A stretch of 64,000 bases of DNA from an uncultured delta proteobacterium (GTDB lineage: Bacteria > Myxococcota_A > Polyangia > Polyangiales > Houyiibacteriaceae): contig CAVOVB010000001.1 in assembly GCA_963699755.1 (NCBI GenBank), positions 960,001 to 1,024,000 of the forward strand. Direction: 5' to 3'. A program made the translations under genes and the position numbers. The notes under the pieces are model-generated. The model was not told the origin of the DNA and searched no databases. It worked only from the letters and a program-made list of their open reading frames with translations. Of this stretch, positions 9,309 to 21,100 are shown in pieces; position 1 is the stretch's first letter, and every line of letters begins with the position of its first letter.

Positions 9309-11210
9309 TTGTATGGCTTGTTCGCTGATTTGACCTGCTTAGCGATGTCAGTCGATCATGGGCGCGCTTTGCGTTCGAACTTGATGAAGGGCCTTCTGGC
9401 CGGAGCTCCACCGCTCATTGCTTACCTGAGCACGACGTCCGGGTACGCGCATTGGCTCGACAGCGGGGAGTTCGTTGCGGCGGCAGCGGACTTCGGGATC
9501 TCGCATCCACCCGGTCATCCACTTGCTTCGATTGTCCTCGGGACAGCGAATCTCCTCCCCATCGGGGCGCTCTCTTTCCGCATCGCGATCGTCTGCGCAC
9601 TGCTTCTGGCGATTGCCGCAGTGGCCCTGTTCTTCGCCTTCGAGACCAGCTTGAAAGTGACTGATGCGATTCGCCCCTCGCTCCGCGCTCCCCTGGCACT
9701 CGGAGCGACCTGGTGGGTTGCTGGAAGTCCGGGCTGGTGGTTTCAAGCTGTCCGCCCCGAAGTGTACGCCCTTCAAGCAGCGCTCCTGTGTATCGCGATG
9801 GAACGCTTGCTTCGCGTTTCCGTGTCGGGAGAGGGAGGCGATGTTCGTCCGCTCTATCAAGCCGCTTTGGCGCTTGGTCTTGCGCTCGCGAACCATCACT
9901 TCATCGCTTTGCTCGCCATCGTGCCTTCGCTCTGGCTCTTCATCGGCATTTGGAAGACCTGGGGTTGGCGGCCATTCGCCTGGTCGATCGGCTTCGTCTG
10001 CGCCGGATTGCTGACCTACCTCTACTTACCTTTGCGCGCGCTGCAGGAGCCATATCTGAATCTCGGAGATCCATCGAGCCCCGGACGATTCATCTGGGTC
10101 GTCACCGCGCAGGCATTTCAGAAAAGCTTCGCTCCCGAAGCCGTCGCGCCCTTCGGGGAGACGCTCGTCGACGTTCTCATCGCCACGGCGGACGACCTGC
10201 ACGTCGTCACGCTCTTCGTGGCGCTACTCGGTGCTTACTTCATGCTCCGGGTCAAATCCTCTAGGAAATACGGGCTCTTCTGGCTGACTCTCTGGCTGGT
10301 GTACCTGCTCGGGCGCGCGACCCTGGGCTTCGTTCGAGGCAACCCCGATGCGATTGCCTATTTCATGGTCTCGTATGCGTCGCTCGCGATCTTTGCCGCG
10401 TTCGCCATCGGCGTCTTGTTGTCCGCTCTTGGAGCGGCTGTGCCTAGCAAGCCGAAGCTGGCTCCCACGCTCGCTGCGATCGTTGCGCTCGCCGCGTCCC
10501 TTCAATTCGTTCGCTCCTCCGATGCATCGACCCTCGCAAGCTTCGCCGATACGGATGTGTTCGACGATGGCCTGCGCCGTTCCCTACCCGCACGTTCCAT
10601 CGTTTTGGCGCACAATCCGCAGACGATCTTTCGCTACTGGGGCGGAGAAGCCGAGGAGCTGAACCGACCCGACGTGACCATGATCCCGCTACCCCTGCTC
10701 AGCTATCCAAAGCTAGTGGACCGCTACGTCAGGGACGAGCCCGAGCTCAAGCCGCTCCTTCGAAGTTATCTGCTCGACGGAACCCTGAGCGCGCCGGAGC
10801 TCCAGAGCCTTGCCGCGATTCGGCCCGTCTATGTCGAAATGGACGTGCGCGTGACCCAAGAGATGATGGACCTGCTAGTACCCGAGCAGCTCTACCATCG
10901 CGTGCTCACCGCGGACACGACCGACACCGACGAGGCGCGAGCGATGCACGACCACGCTGCGCTCTGGGCCGACATCTACCAGCGGATAGGGCAACCGATC
11001 GAAGAGCACACAGAGGTTCAGCTGATCTGGCGCCACTACACGGATTCCTTGTATTTCGCGGGAGTTGGCGACCGCAACGCAGCTCTTCGGACCGTGGCTG
11101 CCGGCCTGGCCCTCAATCCTCACTCCCAAGAGCTGCGGACGCTGCAGGAGGCGTTGAAGAAGTCGTCACCCGGCGAACGGATCGACGTCGCGCCCTTCAT
11201 GATTCGTTGA
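9309..11210 (+). CDS. DUF2723/TMEM260-like polytopic membrane glycosyltransferase
   Basis: WLDSGEF, HPPGHPL, PEVY, NHH motifs and many TM helices. Start uncertain (9309, 9345 or 9384). Confidence 0.75.
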   Translation: MYGLFADLTCLAMSVDHGRALRSNLMKGLLAGAPPLIAYLSTTSGYAHWLDSGEFVAAAADFGISHPPGHPLASIVLGTANLLPIGALSFRIAIVCALLLAIAAVALFFAFETSLKVTDAIRPSLRAPLALGATWWVAGSPGWWFQAVRPEVYALQAALLCIAMERLLRVSVSGEGGDVRPLYQAALALGLALANHHFIALLAIVPSLWLFIGIWKTWGWRPFAWSIGFVCAGLLTYLYLPLRALQEPYLNLGDPSSPGRFIWVVTAQAFQKSFAPEAVAPFGETLVDVLIATADDLHVVTLFVALLGAYFMLRVKSSRKYGLFWLTLWLVYLLGRATLGFVRGNPDAIAYFMVSYASLAIFAAFAIGVLLSALGAAVPSKPKLAPTLAAIVALAASLQFVRSSDASTLASFADTDVFDDGLRRSLPARSIVLAHNPQTIFRYWGGEAEELNRPDVTMIPLPLLSYPKLVDRYVRDEPELKPLLRSYLLDGTLSAPELQSLAAIRPVYVEMDVRVTQEMMDLLVPEQLYHRVLTADTTDTDEARAMHDHAALWADIYQRIGQPIEEHTEVQLIWRHYTDSLYFAGVGDRNAALRTVAAGLALNPHSQELRTLQEALKKSSPGERIDVAPFMIR

Positions 11211-11219
11211 GCAGGCAGC

Positions 11220-11705
11220 TCAGCGGGCTTGGCGCTCGGCTCGACGCGCGCGCCGATAGACCTCGTAGAGGCTCTGCCGAACCTGTGGTGGCACACTCTT
11301 GCGAAGGTCGATCTTCCAGGCTCGATCCTGCTTGACCAGTACAATCGGCGCGAGCTCGACCGGTGCGGACGCTGCCCGCACCTCAGCGCGCTCGCCTTCG
11401 AGGCTGATCTCGAGCTCGTCCTTGCCTGCGATGAGCTGTCCGAATACGAAGCCACCCAAAGCCTGATCGTGTTCTCCCTGCCAATCCGAAAAGCACGCCC
11501 GGAAGAGCTTCGAATCGAGGAGCTCGAACCGCTCATGGGCTCGGAGTCGGCGTCGCGCTTCCTCCTGAGACATCTCTTGCACGCCATACGCCCGGAAGAG
11601 CGAGTCGATAGCAGCGCTCGGCGACTCGAACCCAGCGGGCGCCGGCCTGCTCTTGCACGAGGCGAGCAGGAGGGCGGCTAGGACACTTAGAAGCGGGGCA
11701 CGCAC
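11220..11705 (-). CDS. Hypothetical lipoprotein
   Basis: Lipobox LASC; LVKQDRAWKID near the C-terminus. Confidence 0.65.
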   Translation of the reverse strand: MRAPLLSVLAALLLASCKSRPAPAGFESPSAAIDSLFRAYGVQEMSQEEARRRLRAHERFELLDSKLFRACFSDWQGEHDQALGGFVFGQLIAGKDELEISLEGERAEVRAASAPVELAPIVLVKQDRAWKIDLRKSVPPQVRQSLYEVYRRARRAERQAR

Positions 11706-11744
11706 CCCCTGCTTATTGCCCTGTTTCGGAACGGTGTCTAACTA

Positions 11745-11772
11745 TTGACGTGAACTTCGCCATGGTTAACTT
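11745..11772 (+). promoter_or_regulatory. Putative sigma70-type promoter of clpB
   Basis: TTGACG-16nt-TAACTT ending 8 nt before the clpB ATG; no SD sequence. Confidence 0.45.
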
Positions 11773-11780
11773 GCGTCGAA

Positions 11781-14360
11781 ATGCGACTCGATAGACTCAC
11801 CACGAAGACGCGCGAAGCCTTGGTTGCTGCCCAGCAGAACGCAGCCGACCGGGGCAACCCGGAAGTGTACCCCGAGCACCTGCTGCTCGAGCTCTTGGCG
11901 CAGGCGGATGGACTTGCACCCGCCATCCTGGAGAAGGCGGGCGCCGATCTGCAAGGAATGATTCGCGCCTTCGGGGCGATCCTCGACCGCATGCCGAAAG
12001 TGGCGGGCGGCGCGGAACCCGGCCTTGCGTCGCGTCTGCGCGACCTTCTGAACAATGCTTGGAAAGAGACCGAAGCGTTCAAGGACGAGTACACCTCGGC
12101 GGAGCACGTGCTCTTGGCGGCATACAGCGACGCTCAGCTGAAGAAAACACTCGCCGCACAGGGTGTCGACCGCTCGAAGCTGCTCGGAGCAGTCCAGCAG
12201 GTTCGCGGGAGCCAACGGGTGACCGACCCGGACCCCGAAGGGAAGTTCCAGGCGCTCGAGAAGTACACCCGCGACCTGACCGAGGCCGCGCGGCAAGGCA
12301 AGACCGACCCGGTGATTGGCCGTGACGAGGAGATTCGCCGCGTCATGCAGGTTCTCTCGCGGCGCACCAAGAATAACCCCGTGCTGATCGGTGAGCCCGG
12401 TGTCGGAAAGACCGCGATCGCCGAGGGCATCGCACACCGCATCATTCAGGGTGACGTCCCGGAAGGCCTGCAAAACAAGAAGTTGCTGGCGCTCGACCTC
12501 GGGGCGATGGTCGCCGGCTCGAAGTACCGCGGCGAGTTCGAAGAGCGACTCAAGGCGGTGCTGAAGGAGATCGAGGATGCCAAAGGCGAGGTGATTCTGT
12601 TCATCGACGAGTTGCACACGCTCGTGGGTGCCGGTGCCGCCGAAGGCTCGATGGATGCGAGCAACATGCTCAAGCCGGCACTGGCCCGAGGCGAGCTACG
12701 ATGCATCGGCGCGACGACGCTCGACGAGTACAGAAAGCACATCGAAAAGGATGCGGCGCTGGCCCGAAGATTCCAGCCCGTTTTCGCAGGCGAGCCGTCT
12801 ATCAACGACACGATTGGCATTCTGCGCGGGCTCAAGGAACGCTACGAGATTCACCATGGCATCCGAATTCAGGATTCCGCGATCGTCGCTGCCGCAACGC
12901 TCAGCGAGCGCTACATCACCGACCGTTTCCTGCCCGACAAGGCCATCGATTGCGTCGACGAGGCCGCATCGCGGCTGAAGATGGAGATCGACTCTCTGCC
13001 CGCGCCGATCGACGACGTCCAGCGAAAGATCACGCAGCTCGAAATCGAGCGAGAGGCGCTCAAGAAGGAGAAAGACGATGCGAGCAAGAAGCGTCTCGTC
13101 GATCTCGAAAAGGAGCTCTCGGATCTTCAAGAGCAGCGCGACACGATGCGCGCGCAGTGGCTCAGCGAAAAGGAGCTGATCACGGAAATTCGCCAGAAGA
13201 AGGAGCTCGTCGAGCGACTCCGCCTCGACCTCGAGCGCGCAGAGCGCACGACCGAGTACGAGGAGGCCGCGCGTCTCCAATATGGTGAGATCCCTGCGGC
13301 CGAGGCGGCTGTCACCCAGGCGCAGCAAAAGCTGGCAGAGATTCAGAGCAGCGCCTCCTTCCTGAAGGAAGAGGTAACCGAAGAAGACATCGCAGAGGTG
13401 GTCTCCAAGTGGACCGGCATCCCGGTGAGCAAAATGCTCGAAGGGGAGAGAGAGAAGCTGCTCCACATGGAAGAGCGTTTGCGCGAGCGCGTAATCGGTC
13501 AGGAGGAAGCCGTGGTGGCGGTCTCGAACGCAGTACGGCGCTCGCGTGCCGGCCTGAGCGAGCCCAATCGGCCGATCGGCTCCTTCCTCTTTCTCGGGCC
13601 GACCGGTGTCGGCAAGACCGAGCTTGCCCGCTCGCTTGCAAATTTTCTTTTCGACGACGACAAGGCGATGATCCGGCTCGACATGAGCGAGTACATGGAA
13701 AAGCACGCCGTGGCCCGTCTCATCGGTGCCCCTCCCGGATACGTGGGTTACGAAGAAGGCGGTCAGCTGACGGAGCCGGTGCGGCGGCGTCCGTACGCAG
13801 TGCTCCTCTTCGACGAGGTCGAGAAGGCACATCCCGATGTCTGGAACGTTCTTCTGCAGGTCTTGGACGACGGTCGACTGACCGACGGACAAGGTCGCAC
13901 GGTCGACTTCAAGAACGTCGTGATCATTCTCACGTCGAACGTCGGCTCGCATCACATCATGGCCCTCGACGACGAGGAGTCGATGCGGAAAGCAGTCTTG
14001 GAAGACTTGCGTGACTCGTTTCGACCCGAGTTTCTCAACCGGCTCGACGAAACGATCATCTTCCACCGGCTCGACCGTGCTCAGCTTCGGGACATCGTCG
14101 ATGTGCAGCTCAAGGGCTTCGAGAAGCGGCTTGCCGAACGAGACCTCCAACTCGAGATCAGCGACGCAGCGAAGGACTTCCTGGCCAACGTCGGCTACGA
14201 TCCGACCTATGGCGCTCGGCCGCTCAAGCGAGCCATTCAGCGATATCTCGAGAACGGTCTAGCCGAAGACATCCTCGCGGGACGCTTTTCGGCAGGCGAT
14301 ACGGTTTACGTGGAGGCGGGCGAGGGAAAGCTCGGTTTTCACAAGGAAAACGCCAGCTAG
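11781..14360 (+). CDS. clpB: ATP-dependent chaperone ClpB
   Basis: Two AAA+ modules ([16 protein letters not shown]), coiled-coil middle domain, Clp N-domain, 859 aa. Confidence 0.97.
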   Translation: MRLDRLTTKTREALVAAQQNAADRGNPEVYPEHLLLELLAQADGLAPAILEKAGADLQGMIRAFGAILDRMPKVAGGAEPGLASRLRDLLNNAWKETEAFKDEYTSAEHVLLAAYSDAQLKKTLAAQGVDRSKLLGAVQQVRGSQRVTDPDPEGKFQALEKYTRDLTEAARQGKTDPVIGRDEEIRRVMQVLSRRTKNNPVLIGEPGVGKTAIAEGIAHRIIQGDVPEGLQNKKLLALDLGAMVAGSKYRGEFEERLKAVLKEIEDAKGEVILFIDELHTLVGAGAAEGSMDASNMLKPALARGELRCIGATTLDEYRKHIEKDAALARRFQPVFAGEPSINDTIGILRGLKERYEIHHGIRIQDSAIVAAATLSERYITDRFLPDKAIDCVDEAASRLKMEIDSLPAPIDDVQRKITQLEIEREALKKEKDDASKKRLVDLEKELSDLQEQRDTMRAQWLSEKELITEIRQKKELVERLRLDLERAERTTEYEEAARLQYGEIPAAEAAVTQAQQKLAEIQSSASFLKEEVTEEDIAEVVSKWTGIPVSKMLEGEREKLLHMEERLRERVIGQEEAVVAVSNAVRRSRAGLSEPNRPIGSFLFLGPTGVGKTELARSLANFLFDDDKAMIRLDMSEYMEKHAVARLIGAPPGYVGYEEGGQLTEPVRRRPYAVLLFDEVEKAHPDVWNVLLQVLDDGRLTDGQGRTVDFKNVVIILTSNVGSHHIMALDDEESMRKAVLEDLRDSFRPEFLNRLDETIIFHRLDRAQLRDIVDVQLKGFEKRLAERDLQLEISDAAKDFLANVGYDPTYGARPLKRAIQRYLENGLAEDILAGRFSAGDTVYVEAGEGKLGFHKENAS

Positions 14361-14502
14361 CGGGCACGAAACGCGGCTGAGCGACGAATAGGGCTGTACT
14401 TTCGGATCCATACGAGGCCTAGCCGCGGAAAAACCGGCATGCCTTGCGCGCCCGGGTACACTGTGTAAGCCTCCGGCGCTCTTAGAAGGAGCAGAAGCGT
14501 TC

Positions 14503-14730
14503 ATGGTGGAAAGCGTACAGTGCAAGCCTATCGAAGTTCACGTTGGTGAACGTGGACTCGAGCGTGCGGTTAAGCACCTCAAACGCAAGATGGCCACCGA
14601 GGGCATCCTCCGGGAGCTCAAGCGCCGCCGTCACTACATGAAGCCTTCGATCAAGAAGCGTAAGAAAGCCGCGGAGGCCGCGCGTCGCCGCCGAAAGCGC
14701 GTTCGTCAAGTCGCCGAGCGCCCGTTCTGA
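14503..14730 (+). CDS. rpsU: 30S ribosomal protein S21
   Basis: LERAVKHLKRKMATEGILRELKRRRHYMKPS; AAGGAG SD. Confidence 0.92.
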   Translation: MVESVQCKPIEVHVGERGLERAVKHLKRKMATEGILRELKRRRHYMKPSIKKRKKAAEAARRRRKRVRQVAERPF

Positions 14731-14749
14731 AACGAAGCCTTCGGAATCA

Positions 14750-16078
14750 TTACTCCGAGGGCTTTTCGCTTTCCGGCTCGAGACGCCGACCTGGGCTCCA
14801 AGCGTGAAACCGTCCCGTCTGTGCTTCTAGGAAACGCGCGAGGCGGTGAAAGTCGCTTCCGTTCGGGATGAGCCGAACCTCGGTGATGAGCGTCCGCGGA
14901 TTGATCAACTTCGAAAACTCGATGTACTGCAAGTCTAGCTGACCTCTGACGCTGACCATGTGGCCGTCGAGCTCTTCTTCGACGAGGGCACGGTAGGCGC
15001 CGATTCCGAGCTGGCTCGCGAGCATCACATCGAATGCGTGTGGTGGTGCGCACCGCGACTCGTAACCGAGCTGAATGTGCCGGACCTTCTTTCGCGCGCC
15101 AGTGCGTTCCTCGTAGCGGGCCTGGACGCGATCGGAAATCACCTTGGCGAGATCAAAGGCCGCCAGGCGAATATGACCGTGTTCGTCCCGCGGTAGTCCC
15201 GACACCGAATTCTGGGGCAAGAGCTCGGCAAGACCTTCAGCTAAGACAACCGTGCCGTAGAATTGATCGCGTCGTTCGCGTTCGAGCATCATGTCGACGA
15301 TGCGATCGACCAATGCGGTGATTGAAAGCCGGAGCTCCACCGTCTCTATCCCGGTGACCGGGTTGACGCTCACTTCTTCGATCGCCAAGTCGCCCTGCAC
15401 GTCTTCGGTCGACAGCACCATGCTGGCCTCACCAGCGATTGCAACGCCATAGGAAAGCCAACCCGCCTTGCGTCCCATGGTCTCGACGATGAAGTAGCTG
15501 CTCGTGGCGATGCAATCGGCTCGCAGATTCAAGAGCTCTTTGGCCATGACATCGACTGCTGTGAAGAATCCGAAGGTGAAGTCGATGCCGCGATAGTCGT
15601 TGTCGATCGTCTTCGGTAGATGAACGATGCGCACGCGATTCTCCTCGGCGACGTGATGGCGCTGGTACTGGTATAGGAAATTCGCCGTCTTGAGGGTGTC
15701 GTCACCACCGATCGAGATCAGCGCGTCGACCCCGAGGTCGACAAGCGCGTGATGAATCCTTGCGAGACGCTCGGTCTTCTCGGGGTCGAGAAGGTCGGAC
15801 GGAGTCTGAATCGAAGCGCCAGGATTGACGCGTGCCGTGCCGACGATGATGCCCCTGGTATTGCGGATGCCACGAATGTCTGCTGGCGCGAGCGAGCGGT
15901 AGTGCTCCTTCTCGATCATCGGGTGACTGACCGGATCGAAGTCCTGGAGGTTGGTGTACCCGTGAAAGATCCCGAGCACCTCGATGCCAGCCTCCAAGAA
16001 TGAAGTCGCCGCCGCAGCGATCACCGCGTTGGCTGCTGGGGCGGGACCTCCAGAAAAAACGATTGCAACTCTCTTCAT
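14750..16078 (-). CDS. 6-phosphofructokinase, pyrophosphate-dependent type
   Basis: SGGPAPAAN, GGDDT (Asp typical of PPi-PFK), PKTIDND, ETMGR, LGYESR. Start at MKRVAIV. Confidence 0.85.
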   Translation of the reverse strand: MKRVAIVFSGGPAPAANAVIAAAATSFLEAGIEVLGIFHGYTNLQDFDPVSHPMIEKEHYRSLAPADIRGIRNTRGIIVGTARVNPGASIQTPSDLLDPEKTERLARIHHALVDLGVDALISIGGDDTLKTANFLYQYQRHHVAEENRVRIVHLPKTIDNDYRGIDFTFGFFTAVDVMAKELLNLRADCIATSSYFIVETMGRKAGWLSYGVAIAGEASMVLSTEDVQGDLAIEEVSVNPVTGIETVELRLSITALVDRIVDMMLERERRDQFYGTVVLAEGLAELLPQNSVSGLPRDEHGHIRLAAFDLAKVISDRVQARYEERTGARKKVRHIQLGYESRCAPPHAFDVMLASQLGIGAYRALVEEELDGHMVSVRGQLDLQYIEFSKLINPRTLITEVRLIPNGSDFHRLARFLEAQTGRFHAWSPGRRLEPESEKPSE

Positions 16079-16160
16079 GCTCGTGGCCACGGCGAACTGT
16101 AGGCTTCCGAGCGCCGGATTGCCATCCTCACCGACAGGCGCTCTACTCGGTCCCAGCACG

Positions 16161-17000
16161 ATGGCGATCGACCCCGACAGCTTGGGCTACGAGACCCCAA
16201 CGATTGAGTTCGAGTACGGTTGGCGCGACACCGTGATCTATGCGCTCGGCGTGGGGGCATCAGCCGACGAAGAGCTGAAGTATCTCTATGAGGGACTGGG
16301 GCCGAAAGTTCTCCCGACCTTCAGCACGATCCCGACCTTCGCAGCGTTCGATCCCCTGGTCGATCGGATCGGCTGCGACCGGCGTGGCATGGTCCATCAT
16401 AGCCAGCAGGTGGACCTCTTCGGGCCGCTTCGCCCTGAGGCCAAGCTTCGCCTGATGGGCCGGGTGTCGCGCCTTTACGACCTGAAACGACTGGCCATGT
16501 CGGTCTTCATCATCGAAGCGTTCGACGAAGACGGCCAGCTCGTCATTCGAGGCGAGGTCACCCTGGTCCTGCGAAACGATGGTGGCTTTGGGGGCGCCCG
16601 CCCCCCGAAGACCGAACGAATCCCACTGCCCGATCGAAAGCCGGACTTCGAAGTCAGCGAGAAGATCGCCCCGACGCAGGCGCTTCTCTATCGTTTGAGT
16701 GGCGACTACAACCCGCTTCATGCCGACCCGGAGTTCGCCGCCGAGGCGGGCTTCGACAAGCCGATTCTGCACGGCCTTTGTACCTATGGCTACGCGGGTC
16801 GCGCGCTCACTCGGGGGGCATGTGCCGGGGATCCCGAAAAGCTCGCAAGGTTTCGCGCACAGTTCAGCAGTCCTGTTTTCCCTGGCGAAACGCTGATCGT
16901 GCGCAGCTGGAACGAAGGCGAGCGCGTGATTCTGGGCGCCAGCACCGAGGAACGGCCCGAACAGCCTTGCTTGAGCAACGCCTACGCCCTCTTGCGCTGA
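16161..17000 (+). CDS. MaoC/MFE-2-type (R)-specific enoyl-CoA hydratase, double hot-dog fold
   Basis: YALGVG, YRLSGDYNPLHADP, ILHGLCTYG, FSSPVFPGE. Confidence 0.9.
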   Translation: MAIDPDSLGYETPTIEFEYGWRDTVIYALGVGASADEELKYLYEGLGPKVLPTFSTIPTFAAFDPLVDRIGCDRRGMVHHSQQVDLFGPLRPEAKLRLMGRVSRLYDLKRLAMSVFIIEAFDEDGQLVIRGEVTLVLRNDGGFGGARPPKTERIPLPDRKPDFEVSEKIAPTQALLYRLSGDYNPLHADPEFAAEAGFDKPILHGLCTYGYAGRALTRGACAGDPEKLARFRAQFSSPVFPGETLIVRSWNEGERVILGASTEERPEQPCLSNAYALLR

Positions 17001-17033
17001 GGGAACGCCGCCTTTTTTCTTCTTGCCGAAGCA

Positions 17034-18176
17034 TTGATCCAAACACAGTGTCCCTTGGTGGAGCGTACTTCGTTTCCAAGCTACCTTTGGATGCTGGTCA
17101 TCTGGGCCGCGTCTGGCTGCACCGGGGCTGCTCCGGCCGCAACTGAAGCGCCTGCCCCACCGGTTCACGCAGCGACCATCAAGCCCCAGGCGGTGACCCC
17201 GACCTCGGTTGCGACCGCCGAGATCCTCGCGAATCGCCATGCGAACATGCGCTCGGAGACCGCGGGTCGAGTCGTCAATGTCCTGGTCGAAGCGGGCGAG
17301 CGGGTCGAGGAGGGTCAGGTTCTGCTGCGCCTCGACTTGGGGCGCCCTGCGTTCGCGTCGCAGGCTGCGAACGCAGCGGTAGCGCAAAGCGAAGCCCGAC
17401 TGATGCAAGCCGAACGCGAGCTTGAGCGAAGCGAGAAGTTGGTGCGCACCGGCGGCCTGCCAGAGCAACGTCTCGATGATGCCCAGGATGCGGTTCGCCT
17501 CGCTTCGGCCGCTCGTGATGCGGCGCGCGCCGAGGCTCGACTCGCTCGACGTGGTCTCACCGAGGCGGTCGTCCGCGCTCCGTTCAGCGGAACCGTGGTC
17601 GAGCGGACGGTCGAGCTCGGAGAGTACTTGGCGCCGGGAAGCCCGATGCTCAGCCTGGCGGACACGAGCCACTTGAAGGCGCGCGTCCTGCTCGATCCAC
17701 GAGAAGCGATCGACGTGTCGATTGGTGCTCCGGTCCGTATTTCGGTCTATGCGAGGCCGGGTGAGGTCTTCAACGGCAAGGTAGTGCGGGTTGGCGAAGT
17801 CATCGACCCCCGCACGCGTCGGCTTGCGGTTGAAGTCGAGCTCGACCCGCACGGCGGACGCCTGCGTCCGGGTCTAGTGGCCAAGTTCGAAGTCGTCACG
17901 GGCGAGCCAAAACTGGAGATTCGAGTGCCCCTGGATGGGGTTTTCGAGCGTTTCGGCAGCCAACACCTGTACGTCATCGAGGACGGAATCGCACGACGTC
18001 GGGCCATCGAGCTCGGTTCGGTGGGCGCCGGCTTTGCAGAGGTCGTCCAAGGCGTCGAGCCAGGTGAGCTCGTCGTCGTCAAGGGTGTCACGCGGGTGGT
18101 CGATGGCTCGAAAGTACAGGTCGTACCGGTCGACGCGGCCCGCGCATCGTCCACCGAGCAAATGAGCCAGCCGTGA
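17034..18176 (+). CDS. RND efflux periplasmic adaptor (membrane fusion protein)
   Basis: Lipoyl/hairpin motifs GRVVNVLVEAGERVEEGQVL, VRAPFSG, LRPG. Start uncertain. Confidence 0.88.
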   Translation: MIQTQCPLVERTSFPSYLWMLVIWAASGCTGAAPAATEAPAPPVHAATIKPQAVTPTSVATAEILANRHANMRSETAGRVVNVLVEAGERVEEGQVLLRLDLGRPAFASQAANAAVAQSEARLMQAERELERSEKLVRTGGLPEQRLDDAQDAVRLASAARDAARAEARLARRGLTEAVVRAPFSGTVVERTVELGEYLAPGSPMLSLADTSHLKARVLLDPREAIDVSIGAPVRISVYARPGEVFNGKVVRVGEVIDPRTRRLAVEVELDPHGGRLRPGLVAKFEVVTGEPKLEIRVPLDGVFERFGSQHLYVIEDGIARRRAIELGSVGAGFAEVVQGVEPGELVVVKGVTRVVDGSKVQVVPVDAARASSTEQMSQP

Positions 18177-21100
18177 GCATCCCCGCCTTCTCAGTTCGCC
18201 AGCCTGTGCTCGTCAACATCGTTGCGATCTCGACCGTGCTGGTTGGCGCGATGGTGCTGAGCGTCATGCACCGTGAGTCCCTGCCAACGCTACCCACCGG
18301 TTGGGGAACCGTCACCACGACGTACGTGGGGGCATCGCCCGAGGAGATCGAGCAGCTGGTCACCATACCGGTCGAGAACGCGGTCGGGGATGTCGACAAG
18401 GTCGAAGAGATCTGGGGCGTATCCAAAGAAGGCGTTTCGTACGTGAGCTTCCATCTGGATGATGATGTCGAAGACATCACCAGTGCCATCATGGAGATTT
18501 CGAACGAGATTAACCGCATCGACGACTTGCCTGTCGATGCCGAGCGCCCCGTCGTGCGTGAGGTCAAGGTCGACTTCCCAACGATCACGGTTGCCATTCG
18601 AGGCGAGGTTCCCGAGGTCGTTCTGCGCCAGGTCGGCAAAGACATGGCGGACCGAATCGAAAGGCTGCCGGGGGTCTCAGGTATCTGGCGCAACGGCATT
18701 CGAGATCGGGAATTTCGAGTGGATGTCGATCCCGATCGGCTTGCCGCATACCAGCTCCCCCTCACCGCAGTAAGCAGCGCGCTTCGATTCAGGGCGGCCA
18801 ACGTACCCGCGGGGACGACCAAAGGAGAAGGCGATGCCCGACTCGTCCGCGGGATGACCCGAATCGGTGACGTCGAGGAGCTTGCCGGCGTGGTGATTCG
18901 GCCAGACCATGCGGGCGGGTCGGTGCGCGTAGGAGACGTCGCCGAGGTTTCCGACACCTTTGCAGCCGGAGCATTCAGCGGCCGAGTCAACGGCGAGCCC
19001 GCCGTGGTCCTCACTGTTCGCAAGGAAGAGCAGGCAGACAGCGTACTGATCAGCCGAGGCGTACGCGCCCTGGTCGATCAACTCCGACCTAGGCTTCCGC
19101 CTGGAGTCGAGATCGACCTCTTCGGGGACGCTGCCGCGGAGGTCGAGCACTCGCTCGGCACACTCTACTCGAACGCTGCCGTCGGGCTCTTGCTCGTGGT
19201 GCTTCTTCTCTGGGTGGCGATCGGCGCCCGCAACGCCACGATGGCAGCGATCGGTCTTCCGGTCGCGTTGGCCGGCGCGCTCGTCGCGATGCACATGATG
19301 GGCATCACGATCAACATGATGTCGCTCATGGGGTTGATCCTTTGCCTGGGCGTGGTGGTCGACGATGCGATCATCATCATCGAGAACATCTACCGGCACA
19401 TGGAAGAAGGCATGCCGAGGCGAAAGGCGGCCGTCATCGGTACGCAGGAAGTCTTCTGGCCCGTCGTATCATCGACCCTCACCAGCTGGGCGGCGTTCTT
19501 ACCTCTGCTGATGATGGAGGGCGTTCTGGGAGATGCCTTTGCGATCATTCCCAAAGTCGTCGTGGCTGCGCTCGCCGCGTCACTCATCGAAGCGATGTTC
19601 ATCCTGCCGAGCCACATGTCCGATTTCGGTAAGCTTTCGCATTCCAAGCTTGCGGATTTCGGGCCTCCGAGAACCAGGCTGCAACGGGCAAGCGCCCGCA
19701 TCCTGAGTAGCTACGAACGAATACTTCGCTGGTCGCTGCAGCACCGGGCAATCGTCGTCGTCTCGGCGTACGCCATCTGCTTCGTCATGATCGGCGTCGC
19801 ACTCAGCGCCAAGGACGTGATCCTCCTGACCGAAGGTGATCCGGACATGTTCGATGTTCGGATCCACATGCCGACCGACGCTTCCAAGGAGGAAACCGAA
19901 GCGCTTCTCGCCGAGCTGGACGCGCGCATCATCGCGCTCAAGAACCCGGACGTGGAAGCCACGGTGGCCGTTCGGGGGATGACCCGCACCGACATGGGCC
20001 TGAGCTCGGGCGACCATCTCGGTATGGTCACGGTCTTTGTCGTTCCAGTCACCGAACGAAGCAGCCTGCACGGCGGTCGCGACCTGGTGGCTCAGGTAAG
20101 CGAGCTCTACGAAGACGTGGTAGGCCCGGCACGCCTGGAAATCGTGGAGGTGCGGCCCGGGCCCCCGCGAGGCGCCCCCATCGCGGTGCGGATCCGTGGA
20201 GAGAACTACGAGCGCCTGGTCGAGCTCGCCGAGGAGGTGCTTGCCGAGGTACGCGTGACGCCGGGCACGCGGAACTCCGGCCACGACTACGAGCTTGGAA
20301 AGCAGGAGCTCCAGATCAAAGTCGACGAGCAACGCGCGGCGCTTCACGGCCTCACGCCGGAAATGGTGAGCGGATGGCTGCGGAACGCATTTGGGGCAAC
20401 CCCTGCGGCGACGCTTCGTGAGGGCGACGACGAGATCGACATCGTCGTTCAACTTCGGGAAGACGTCCAAGAGGACCCGGCCCGGATCGCTTCCCTTCAG
20501 TTGATTGCGCCCAACGGCGATGAAGTCGCCATCCGCGAAATCGCCGACATTTCGCATGGAAGGGGCCCGGGCGTGATCCGCCGCTATCAACAGAAGCGGG
20601 TCGTCAGCGTGCTTTCGGGAATCGATGAGGAGGCGACCAATAGCGGAGAGGTCAACTCGACGCTGCAGAAGAGCCTCGCGCGGCTGGAAGCTGCGAATCC
20701 CGACGTCCGCTTTGAATACGGCGGCCAGTTCGAGGAGACGCAGGAATCGGTCGATTCTCTGTTTCGAGCGTTCATCGTCGCGATCTTGCTGATCTACACG
20801 ATCCTCGCAACGCAGTTTCAGAGCTTCTCTCAGCCCCTGGTGGTGATGGCGGCGATTCCGCTCTCCTTCATCGGTGTGACTGGAGGTTTCTTGCTAGGCT
20901 CCAAGGCGATTGGCTTGATCGCGCTGGTCGGCGTGGTCGGGCTCACCGGAATCGTGGTGAACGACTCGCTGGTGCTGGTGGATTTCATCAATAAGCGGCG
21001 CGACCAGGGCATGGCGCTCGACGAAGCGATCGTGGAAGCTGGCAGGCTTCGACTTCGGCCAATCTTTCTGACCAGCATCACCACGATCGCGGGACTCTTT

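Noticed and set aside
12696..17852. Long antisense ORFs (e.g. 12696-14150, 16260-17852; also 3218-4435, 37832-39100, 56101-57438)
   Set aside because: Shadow frames of real high-GC genes, with no recognisable motifs.
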